DNA of 23,134 nt from Elusimicrobiota bacterium (GTDB lineage: Bacteria > Elusimicrobiota > Elusimicrobia > Elusimicrobiales > UBA9959). The stretch's first letter is position 1. Each line of letters opens with the position of its first letter. The notes under the pieces are model-generated. The model saw only the letters and a list, made by a program, of their open reading frames with translations. It had not been told where the DNA came from and did not search any database. The stretch covers positions 1-23,134 of the forward strand of contig JBAXKK010000038.1 in assembly GCA_037137395.1 (NCBI GenBank). The letters run 5' to 3'. The position numbers and the translations under genes were made by a program. This document shows positions 7,697 through 14,643 of this stretch, piece by piece.

Positions 7697-8057
7697 AGTA
7701 TGTATATCCGTCCGCCTGAAAAGCGTTTACGATGTGTTCCGGCTCCGCGCCGCCGCCGGAAAAACATATCACATCAAACCTTACGGTTTCCGGTTTTATG
7801 GCCTTCGCTTTAATATAGACCAGCGCTGCCTTTATCACCTTTTTCTGCTTGGCTTTTGTAACCGTCTCAGCCGGCGAGCCGTATGAGGATGAGGCGCGGG
7901 CCCTTACTTCCACAAAAACCAGCGTGCCGCGATCAGAAGCCACTATATCCAGTTCACCCAGAGCGCAGGCCCAGCGGCGGTCAAGGATCTTATAGCCAAT
8001 GGCTTTTAAATATTCTGCCGCCCTGCCCTCTTCAAGGATGCCGGCGTCGGAACTCAC
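7695..8057 (-). CDS. yraN: YraN / UPF0102 family putative endonuclease
   Basis: GELDIVA..LVFVEVRAR, ETVTKAKQKK, RFDVI; 4-nt GTGA overlap with the rnhB stop. Confidence 0.92.
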   Translation of the reverse strand: MSSDAGILEEGRAAEYLKAIGYKILDRRWACALGELDIVASDRGTLVFVEVRARASSSYGSPAETVTKAKQKKVIKAALVYIKAKAIKPETVRFDVICFSGGGAEPEHIVNAFQADGYTY

Positions 8058-8707
8058 GCGGCCACCGCGCGCGACTCAAGGGCTTTGCGCACCGGGGCGA
8101 AACTCCGCCTGTGTTCGGGGCAGGGGCCCAGGCTGTTAAGAAAGCCCATGTGGGCTTTGGTGCCATAGCCCTTGTGCACGGAAAAATCATAACCGGGCCA
8201 GCGGCGGTCCAGAGCCAGCATCCAGCGGTCTCTGACCACCTTGGCGAATATGCTGGCGGCCGCGATGGAGAGGGATCGGGCGTCTCCGCCAACAACCGTT
8301 TCCTGAGAGAAGGTAAGGCCGCGTATCTTATGCGGCCCGTCCACCATGACCAGGGTGTTAGATTCCAGGGCTCCCAATACCGAGGTAAGGCGGCCTACAG
8401 CGGAGGCCATGGCGGAAAAGGTGGCGTTAAGAATATTCAGCTCGTCTATTTCACGGGGTGAGGCGAAACCGAAACCAAAACGCACACCATAGGAGCGCAT
8501 TACGGCCAGCAGGGCCTCGCGTTTTTTTTCGCTCAGTTTCTTGCTGTCGTTCACTTCTTTGAGGTGCGGATAGGCGGCGAGGGGGATAAAGGCCGCGGCT
8601 GCCGTGACGGGGCCCGCCAAAGGGCCCCTGCCTGCCTCATCAACTCCTATGAGGTAAGCCGGGGCGCTTCGTTCGATAACAGAGAGGTCGAATTTTGAAA
8701 GTGGCAC
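8054..8707 (-). CDS. rnhB: Ribonuclease HII
   Basis: GVDEAGRGPLAGPV, DSKKL, IAAASIFAKVVRD, HKGYGT, HRRSFAP; start uncertain (GTG8707 chosen; the ORF track extends to 8749 into a repeat). Confidence 0.95.
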   Translation of the reverse strand: MPLSKFDLSVIERSAPAYLIGVDEAGRGPLAGPVTAAAAFIPLAAYPHLKEVNDSKKLSEKKREALLAVMRSYGVRFGFGFASPREIDELNILNATFSAMASAVGRLTSVLGALESNTLVMVDGPHKIRGLTFSQETVVGGDARSLSIAAASIFAKVVRDRWMLALDRRWPGYDFSVHKGYGTKAHMGFLNSLGPCPEHRRSFAPVRKALESRAVAA

Positions 8708-8708
8708 A

Positions 8709-8794
8709 AGGCTGATAGGCTGAAGAAAGGCCCGGCTGAAGGGAAGCAAACTGACAAATTATATTTAAAACCTTCAGCCTTCAGCCTGACAGCC
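8709..8794. repeat. Bipartite 7/8-bp-period array with inverted arms
   Basis: AGGCTGAT AGGCTGAA ... GGCTGAAGG (8734-8742) vs CCTTCAGCC (8771-8779) TTCAGCC TGACAGCC. Confidence 0.7.
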
Positions 8795-8801
8795 TCTCCT
8801 T

Positions 8802-9209
8802 TTACTTGCTCCCGGCAGCCGGGGTCTGGGCCGGAGCGGGGGCCGCGGGCGCGGCTACCGATCCTTCCAGCGCCTCGGTCTTTTCTTCAAGTCTGGCTGA
8901 CTTGCCTGAGAGTTCGCGGAGGTAATAGATCTTGGCGCGGCGGACTTTACCGGTTTTCACCAGTTCTATTTTGTCGATGCGGGGGGAATGCACGGGGAAT
9001 ACCCTTTCCACACCCACGCCGTATGAAATCTTGCGCACGGTAAAAGATTCGGAAATACCAGAACCTCTCCTGCCCAGAAGCACGCCGTCGAAAACCTGAA
9101 CGCGCTCGCTGTCGCCTTCAACGACCTTGGTGAATACCTTTATGGTATCGCCGGTCCTGAAATCAAATTTTTCATTCTTCATTCCGAGCTGCGCTTCTAT
9201 GTTCTTCAT
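8802..9209 (-). CDS. rplS: 50S ribosomal protein L19
   Basis: [53 protein letters not shown] precedes ATG9209; Ala/Pro-rich tail. Confidence 0.98.
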   Translation of the reverse strand: MKNIEAQLGMKNEKFDFRTGDTIKVFTKVVEGDSERVQVFDGVLLGRRGSGISESFTVRKISYGVGVERVFPVHSPRIDKIELVKTGKVRRAKIYYLRELSGKSARLEEKTEALEGSVAAPAAPAPAQTPAAGSK

Positions 9210-9238
9210 AAACTTCCTCCATTTATTTGCGTATTCAT

Positions 9239-9318
9239 CGTAAAACGGAAAGCGTAAGCCGTAAAAAGTCATGGAACAGATCAAACAACACTTTCCGCTT
9301 CACGATTTACGTTTTACG
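9239..9318. repeat. Bipartite heptamer array with inverted arms, overlapping the trmD 3' end
   Basis: CGTAAAA CGGAAAG CGTAAGC CGTAAAA (9239-9266) vs CTTTCCG CTTCACG ATTTACG TTTTACG (9291-9318). Confidence 0.85.
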
Positions 9319-9987
9319 CTTCGATTCCAACAGATCGGGACGCTTTCTGCCGGTCAGATCTCTGGCGGCGGAGCTTCGCCACTCGGCAATCTTCTTATGA
9401 TTGCCGCCCAAAAGAACTTCCGGCACCTTCATCCTGCGCCAGACTCCTGGTCTGGTGTAATGCGGGGCTTCAAGCAGCCCCTCGGTAAAAGTCTCGTTGA
9501 CCGTGGCGTCCTCTTTTTTGAGCACTCCGGGCAGTAATCTGGCGACGGCGTCTATTATCACGACTGCCGCCGGCTCGCCGCCGGTCAGAACATAATCCCC
9601 TACCGACAATTCCTGATCAGCGAAACTATTCACCCGTTCATCAATCCCTTCATAATGCCCGCAGATGAACACCAGGTGCTTCTTAGCGGCCAGCTTAAGC
9701 GCCATCTGCTGATCGAACCTTTCGCCTTTTGGCGTGAGGATGATAACATGAGAGCCCTTTTTGGCCACCTTTTTAAGGGCCTTGTAAATCGGCTCGGCCA
9801 TCATGACCATGCCGGTTCCGCCGCCGTAAGGCTTGTCGTCAACCGTCTTGTGCCGGTCTTCGGCAAAATCCCTGGGATTGGAGAAGCCCAATTTAAGGCG
9901 CCCCGCTTCCCGGGCCCTTCCAACAATGCTCTCGGAGAGAGGCGCGTCCACCATGGAAGGGAACAGCGTTACGACATCAATGCGCAT
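9307..9987 (-). CDS. trmD: tRNA (guanine-N1)-methyltransferase
   Basis: VDDKPYGGGTGM, CGHYEGIDER, SVGDYVLTGGE, LEAPHYTRP. Confidence 0.98.
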   Translation of the reverse strand: MRIDVVTLFPSMVDAPLSESIVGRAREAGRLKLGFSNPRDFAEDRHKTVDDKPYGGGTGMVMMAEPIYKALKKVAKKGSHVIILTPKGERFDQQMALKLAAKKHLVFICGHYEGIDERVNSFADQELSVGDYVLTGGEPAAVVIIDAVARLLPGVLKKEDATVNETFTEGLLEAPHYTRPGVWRRMKVPEVLLGGNHKKIAEWRSSAARDLTGRKRPDLLESKRKT

Positions 9988-9996
9988 ATATAAAAC

Positions 9997-10088
9997 CAGT
10001 GGTTAGTGGTCAGTGACTAGTGGGCAACAAACAGTGAACAAAACATTTTTACCGTCCGCTGACCACCTAACTCCGTTCACTAACCACT
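9997..10088. repeat. Bipartite heptamer array with inverted arms
   Basis: CAGTGGT TAGTGGT CAGTGAC TAGTGGG (9997-10024); AGTGGTTAGTG (9998-10008) pairs perfectly with CACTAACCACT (10078-10088). Confidence 0.8.
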
Positions 10089-10107
10089 CCTACGGCATAG
10101 CCATAGA

Positions 10108-10335
10108 CTAAATTATATCGAGAAATACTTTTTTATCGCTTTTGGCGGCGGAAGCCTGCAGAAGGGTCCGGATGGATTTAACCACCCGGCCTTCCTTTCC
10201 AATTATCTTGCCGCGGTCCGACGGAGCCACTGTAAGCCTGAACCGCACGACATTGCCGTCCTCATTCGTGGACAGCTTGGCCGCGCCGGGCTCGTCTACT
10301 AAAGAATTTATCAGATAAACCAGGACGTCTTTCAT
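10108..10335 (-). CDS. khpA: KH-domain RNA-binding protein KhpA (YlqC)
   Basis: 75 aa from MKDVLVY; DRGKIIGKEGRVVKSIRTLL; canonical position after rpsP. Confidence 0.93.
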   Translation of the reverse strand: MKDVLVYLINSLVDEPGAAKLSTNEDGNVVRFRLTVAPSDRGKIIGKEGRVVKSIRTLLQASAAKSDKKVFLDII

Positions 10336-10351
10336 ATTCTTTCCCGGCCTC

Positions 10352-10624
10352 TTATTTCTGGACCTGTTCGGTCTTCTGGGCTTTTTTGGCCCTGGCGATG
10401 AGGGAACCGAGGGTATCGGAAGCCTTCGCGCCGTTTTTGACCCAACGGTCAAGCTTGGGCATGTCGAAAGAGACTTTTTCATTATCCTTTTCCGCTTTAG
10501 GATTATAATGCCCGATAATTTCAAGCGGGGCGCCGTGAGGGCCGCGGGTCTTTTCTATCGCCACGATCCGGTAATGCGGCTGAGTTCTTTTGCCGATTCT
10601 CTGAAGTCTTAAAACAACTGCCAT
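10352..10624 (-). CDS. rpsP: 30S ribosomal protein S16
   Basis: MAVVLRLQRIGKR.QPHYRIVA, EIIGHYNP, WVKNGAKASDT; SD AGGAGG. Confidence 0.98.
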   Translation of the reverse strand: MAVVLRLQRIGKRTQPHYRIVAIEKTRGPHGAPLEIIGHYNPKAEKDNEKVSFDMPKLDRWVKNGAKASDTLGSLIARAKKAQKTEQVQK

Positions 10625-10717
10625 ACTCGTCCTCCTAAGCTGACTGGAATCATCACAAGATGAAATTTTCTGAAAGCGTTACCGCTCAGGATTCAGGTTA
10701 ACCTGAGTAGTAAGTAT

Positions 10718-10723
10718 ATTATA
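10718..10723 (-). promoter_or_regulatory. Putative -10 (TATAAT) for the rpsP operon
   Basis: Perfect TATAAT on the minus strand about 95 nt upstream of rpsP; no clear -35. Confidence 0.5.
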
Positions 10724-10730
10724 CGATATT

Positions 10731-11105
10731 TCAGGCAGCTTGACCCAGGATCTTATTGACATGTCCCAGGAGATGCTTCCATTCAAAAGGCTTGCGTATA
10801 TAAATTTCCGCCGCTGAATGGCCCTCGGCCGTCGTATCGCCGGCGAAAGCGTGCCCCGTGAGCATTATAACCTTCACTCCCTTGGTGGCCGGCTCGCTTT
10901 TGATAAGTTTACGAAGACTGTCACCGTCTATAAAGGGGAGCCCGATATCCAAAATAGCCAGATCGGGATGCTCTTTCCTGGCCATACTGAGCCCCTCCTC
11001 TCCGTCATGAGCTACGACAACTTGATAGCCGTGGTGTTCAAGGCGCATACGAAGCACCTGGGCTATCAATTCCTCATCCTCAACAATAAGTATTTTTTTC
11101 TTCAT
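10731..11105 (-). CDS. Single-domain response regulator (receiver only)
   Basis: ILIVEDE, PDLAILDIGLP (phospho-Asp), MLTG, KPF; ATGA overlap with the rpe stop. Confidence 0.93.
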   Translation of the reverse strand: MKKKILIVEDEELIAQVLRMRLEHHGYQVVVAHDGEEGLSMARKEHPDLAILDIGLPFIDGDSLRKLIKSEPATKGVKVIMLTGHAFAGDTTAEGHSAAEIYIRKPFEWKHLLGHVNKILGQAA

Positions 11106-11803
11106 AAAAGTTGTTTTCCATTAATCCGGGCATTCAGCTTCCGAACAAACCCGGCTGGATCGGAATTTGAAAAAACGGCTTTTCCCATGACAAGGGAATC
11201 AGCCCCTGCCCGCGCGGCCAACGGCGCGGTATCTTCGTTAATACCGCCGTCCACCTGCAGCCACACGGGCCGGCCGAGGCCGGTTATCGCGCGGCGCGCC
11301 TCGGAAATTTTTGACAGGATGCCGGGCATAAAAGACTGGCCGCCAAAGCCCGGCTCCACCGTCATAAGCAGGAGTAAATCCACGCGCCCGAGATACTTTA
11401 AAGCGCGGGAAAGAGGTGTTTTGGGCCGCAGCGCTAGGCCGGCTTTCAGACCCAGCGAGCGTATTTTTTTAAGGCACGCGCCTATATCGTCCTTCGCCTC
11501 CTGGTGCACGGTTATAAGACTGACGCCGGCGCTCGCGAAAGGTTGTATAAACATAGCGGGGCGCTCCACCATAAGGTGCGCGTCCAGGGCCATAGGAGTC
11601 GCGGCCGCCAAACCGCGCGCGACATGGGGACCAAAACTGAGGTTCGGCACGAAATGGCCGTCCATAACATCCAGCTGCACCCAACCGGCATGGCGCTCCA
11701 GGCCCCGCAGACTTTTTTTAAGGCAGGAGAAATCGGCCGAGAGCACCGAAGGCACGATGCGAGGCCTCCCGTCGGGCGTAGGAATGATTTTATTTTTATT
11801 CAT
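11102..11803 (-). CDS. rpe: Ribulose-phosphate 3-epimerase
   Basis: PSVLSADF, DVMDGHFVPNLSFG, DAHLMV, MTVEPGFGGQSF, QVDGGIN; start uncertain (ATG11803). Confidence 0.96.
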   Translation of the reverse strand: MNKNKIIPTPDGRPRIVPSVLSADFSCLKKSLRGLERHAGWVQLDVMDGHFVPNLSFGPHVARGLAAATPMALDAHLMVERPAMFIQPFASAGVSLITVHQEAKDDIGACLKKIRSLGLKAGLALRPKTPLSRALKYLGRVDLLLLMTVEPGFGGQSFMPGILSKISEARRAITGLGRPVWLQVDGGINEDTAPLAARAGADSLVMGKAVFSNSDPAGFVRKLNARINGKQLL

Positions 11804-11843
11804 CACTGAAATTATCCGCAAAATCCGCCAATAAGGAGTCCCC

Positions 11844-11891
11844 AGTCCTCTAGTCCTCTAGTCCTCTAGTCCTCTAGTCCTCTAGTCCTCT
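11844..11891. repeat. Perfect octamer array (AGTCCTCT)6 overlapping the PASTA-gene stop
   Basis: Six exact units; the minus strand reads TAGAGGAC repeated, starting with the TAG stop codon. Confidence 0.95.
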
Positions 11892-12891
11892 ACTTCACTT
11901 CGCGTTCTTCCACCAGGATGCCGTTGATGAATATCCTGATCTTGTCGGCGCCGCCGTAGGGAACCGTAAGGTCTATCTTAGAACCCGGATCCCTGAGCCC
12001 GTTAAAGATCTCACGGTCACCCTGCTTGCTGACGGCAACTATCCTGATATGCCGCTGTGAACCGCTCTGGGATACCTCGTAGTGTATATGAAATTCTTTT
12101 TCTTCCTGTCCGCCCGAAGATTTGCGTGAGCTCACCGTGAGCCTGATAACTGATTCGGGGGAAACAACGGTGTCCGACGGGGGAGTCTGGTCTATAATGG
12201 TACCGCCGGGGAAAAGGGAACCCGCGTCCTCAATAGTTTTAACTTCCAGTTTATTATCGGAAGCCCATTGATAGGTTTCGTCTATCTTTTTCTGCCGGAA
12301 ATCCGGCATAAGGACTATGCCACCCGGCGGATTACCTGCCGAAACCACAACGGTCACCATAGTGTTCTTTGAAACGCTCATCTCTGATTTTGGTTCCTGA
12401 GAAAGAACTGTGCCTTTTTCAGCCTTCAGCGAATAAGATTCGCTGACCTCGCCCAGCATGAGGGAGCGCTGGCGCAGGAGAAGTTCGGCGTTCCTGAGCG
12501 GCAGACCGATAAGATTGGGCGTGAATACCGATTCTCCGCCCTGACTGAAAACAACCTTAACTATCTTTCCCTCCCGGACCGTGGTTCCGGCGGAAGGCGC
12601 CTGCCTGAGAACGGTACCGATGGGAACCGAATCGTTGAATTCATAGCCGTCTATCCTCATAGCCATGTCACTCTCGCTGACAAGCTGAAGCGCGTTGGCT
12701 GCCGACTTACCCTGGATGTCCGGCACTATCACTTCTTTTCTGCTGTGGATGACGGTATCCATGGTCCAGGAAAAGAGAAAATAAGTCAGAAAGAAAAGGC
12801 ATAGCGCCACTAAGGAAACCTTGAGTATAAAACTGGGATTTACAAAAGACTCTTCCGTGTTTGAAAAATGCTTGTCTAAAAATTCTTTCAT
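11890..12891 (-). CDS. Membrane-anchored protein with 3 PASTA domains and no kinase domain
   Basis: N-terminal TM; three repeats VPDIQGK/TPNLIGL/MPDFRQK...GTV(L/I)xQxP. Confidence 0.88.
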   Translation of the reverse strand: MKEFLDKHFSNTEESFVNPSFILKVSLVALCLFFLTYFLFSWTMDTVIHSRKEVIVPDIQGKSAANALQLVSESDMAMRIDGYEFNDSVPIGTVLRQAPSAGTTVREGKIVKVVFSQGGESVFTPNLIGLPLRNAELLLRQRSLMLGEVSESYSLKAEKGTVLSQEPKSEMSVSKNTMVTVVVSAGNPPGGIVLMPDFRQKKIDETYQWASDNKLEVKTIEDAGSLFPGGTIIDQTPPSDTVVSPESVIRLTVSSRKSSGGQEEKEFHIHYEVSQSGSQRHIRIVAVSKQGDREIFNGLRDPGSKIDLTVPYGGADKIRIFINGILVEEREVK

Positions 12892-12917
12892 GCTCGCAAT
12901 GTCTCCGTATCAGCAGC

Positions 12918-13889
12918 CTATTTGCCCGAGTTATTATTATTTCCCGCCGCGTCGCCGGGCTTAAGACGGGCGCCGTTCAGAAAGTCCAAAGCGCTCATGG
13001 GCTTTCTTCCTTCCGGCTGAACTTCTTCTATCAGCAGCTCTCCGTCTCTACATTGTATATAAAAGCCTTTCTCCCTTTCAATCGCGGTTATCACGCCGAA
13101 GCCGGCGGCCCGGACGCCGCGCCCGGCGGGCAGAGAACATTTCAGGACCTGGACATCGGCCGGGCGTCCGCTGACCGCCACAGAGAACCTCGCGCGCGGC
13201 CCGGCGGAGAGACCCCGGACCAGGTTTCGGGCGTCCGCGGCGGTACCGGCAAAATCCAGGCGGGTGTCGGCGGGCTTTATCTTGGGCGCGAGCGTGGCCT
13301 GACCCGCCTGCGGCGTCTTTATTATCCGCCCCGCGGAGATTTCCGACAGGCATTCGCTTAAGAGTTCAATACCCGAGTCGGCGGTCTTTTTAAAAAGTTC
13401 CGGAGCGTAGTCGTCCAGTGAGACGGGTACCTCTCTGGAGGCTAAAACCGGGCCCGTATCCATCCCTTCATCCAGCCAGAACACGGTAGAGCCGGTCACA
13501 GTCTCGCCCCTTATCAGCGACCATTGGACCGGAGCCGCGCCGCGGTACGCCGGCAGCAGGGAAAAATGAACATTTATAAAACCGAGCCGCGGGATGGCAA
13601 GGGCCTCTTTTTTTATGAGCCGCCCGTAGGCGACCACGACGCCAAGGTCCGGCTTGAGCTCTGACAGGATAAAGGCGAGATCCTCGTGCGAGCGCGGCTG
13701 GAAAATTTCAAGTTTAAGTTCGCCGGCCTTATTTTTGACGGGGGGACAGCAGAGCTTCATCCCGCGCCCCTGCAGCCGGTCCGGCTGGGAAATGACGCCT
13801 GAAACCGAATGGCCGTCGGCGGCTATCCGGTTCAAAAATGGGCACGCTATCTCCGGAGTCCCTAAAAACACAATTTTCAGTTTATTCAT
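12918..13889 (-). CDS. fmt: Methionyl-tRNA formyltransferase
   Basis: IVFLGTP, SQPDR, VVAYG, NVHFSLLPAYRGAAPVQ, MDTGP, QPEGRKPM; start 13889 (ATG) or 13895 (GTG). Confidence 0.97.
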   Translation of the reverse strand: MNKLKIVFLGTPEIACPFLNRIAADGHSVSGVISQPDRLQGRGMKLCCPPVKNKAGELKLEIFQPRSHEDLAFILSELKPDLGVVVAYGRLIKKEALAIPRLGFINVHFSLLPAYRGAAPVQWSLIRGETVTGSTVFWLDEGMDTGPVLASREVPVSLDDYAPELFKKTADSGIELLSECLSEISAGRIIKTPQAGQATLAPKIKPADTRLDFAGTAADARNLVRGLSAGPRARFSVAVSGRPADVQVLKCSLPAGRGVRAAGFGVITAIEREKGFYIQCRDGELLIEEVQPEGRKPMSALDFLNGARLKPGDAAGNNNNSGK

Positions 13890-13899
13890 GGTCACGGGG

Positions 13900-13963
13900 T
13901 AAGTTTTAAGGATTAAGGATTAAGCCCCTACATGTTTTCCTAAAACTTAATCCTTACCACTTA
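13900..13963. repeat. Bipartite heptamer array with inverted arms, overlapping the def 3' end
   Basis: TAAGTTT TAAGGAT TAAGGAT TAAGCCC vs the minus-strand run GTAAGTG GTAAGGA TTAAGTT TTAGG. Confidence 0.75.
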
Positions 13964-14510
13964 CGACTATTTTACCCATCTTACTCTCGTCTATCTTCTT
14001 CCACTGGCGCTTAAGCTTCATCAGTAAGGGCTTAAGCTTAATGCGGGTGATAAAAGGCAGTCGGTCGATGAAGAGCACGCCGTCGAGATGGTCAATCTCG
14101 TGCTGGAGGGCTTTGGAAAACAAGCCTTCGGCGTTAATCTCTATCGGCAGACCCTTTTCACTGAGCGCGCGCACTTTAACTTTTGAAAAACGTTTCACCT
14201 TCGCGAACAACCCGGGAAAAGAAAGACAGCCTTCTTCTTCCGACATTGACCCGGATTTCTCCGCCAGCTCCGGATTGATCAGAACGATCCGGAGATCCTC
14301 TTCATTCTCTTTTTTTATCTTTATCACAGCCACAGCCAGATCCAGACCTATCTGGTTGGCCGCCAGACCCAGACCGCCCACGGCGTCCATGGTTTCAAAC
14401 ATATCCTTTATGATGCCCGGCAGATCCTTCTTTAGCTCCCTCAAATCCACTTTGCGGGCTTTTTTTTCCAGCGCCGCATCTCCGTATTTACAAATTCGTA
14501 TTATAGACAT
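13947..14510 (-). CDS. def: Peptide deformylase
   Basis: GLGLAANQIG, EEGCLS, QHEIDHLDG. Confidence 0.98.
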   Translation of the reverse strand: MSIIRICKYGDAALEKKARKVDLRELKKDLPGIIKDMFETMDAVGGLGLAANQIGLDLAVAVIKIKKENEEDLRIVLINPELAEKSGSMSEEEGCLSFPGLFAKVKRFSKVKVRALSEKGLPIEINAEGLFSKALQHEIDHLDGVLFIDRLPFITRIKLKPLLMKLKRQWKKIDESKMGKIVVSGKD

Positions 14511-14532
14511 AAATCATCAACTCCGTTAATTA

Positions 14533-14630
14533 TCGCCATTAGCCATTGGCCTTTCGCCATCCGCAGAATATTCCCACATTAACAAAAGCAGGAGACTCCT
14601 AAAAAGCAAATGGCGTAAAGCGAATGGCAA
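14533..14630. repeat. Bipartite heptamer array with inverted arms
   Basis: TCGCCAT TAGCCAT TGGCCTT TCGCCAT (14533-14560) vs AAAGCAA ATGGCGT AAAGCGA ATGGCAA (14603-14630). Confidence 0.8.
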
Positions 14631-14643
14631 TCTTATGCTTCAT

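Noticed and set aside
10336..10524. N-terminal extension of khpA in the ORF track
   Set aside because: Overlaps rpsP in another frame; KhpA similarity starts at ATG10335.
10818..11834. 338-aa plus-strand ORF
   Set aside because: Antisense shadow of rpe and the response regulator; no recognisable motifs.
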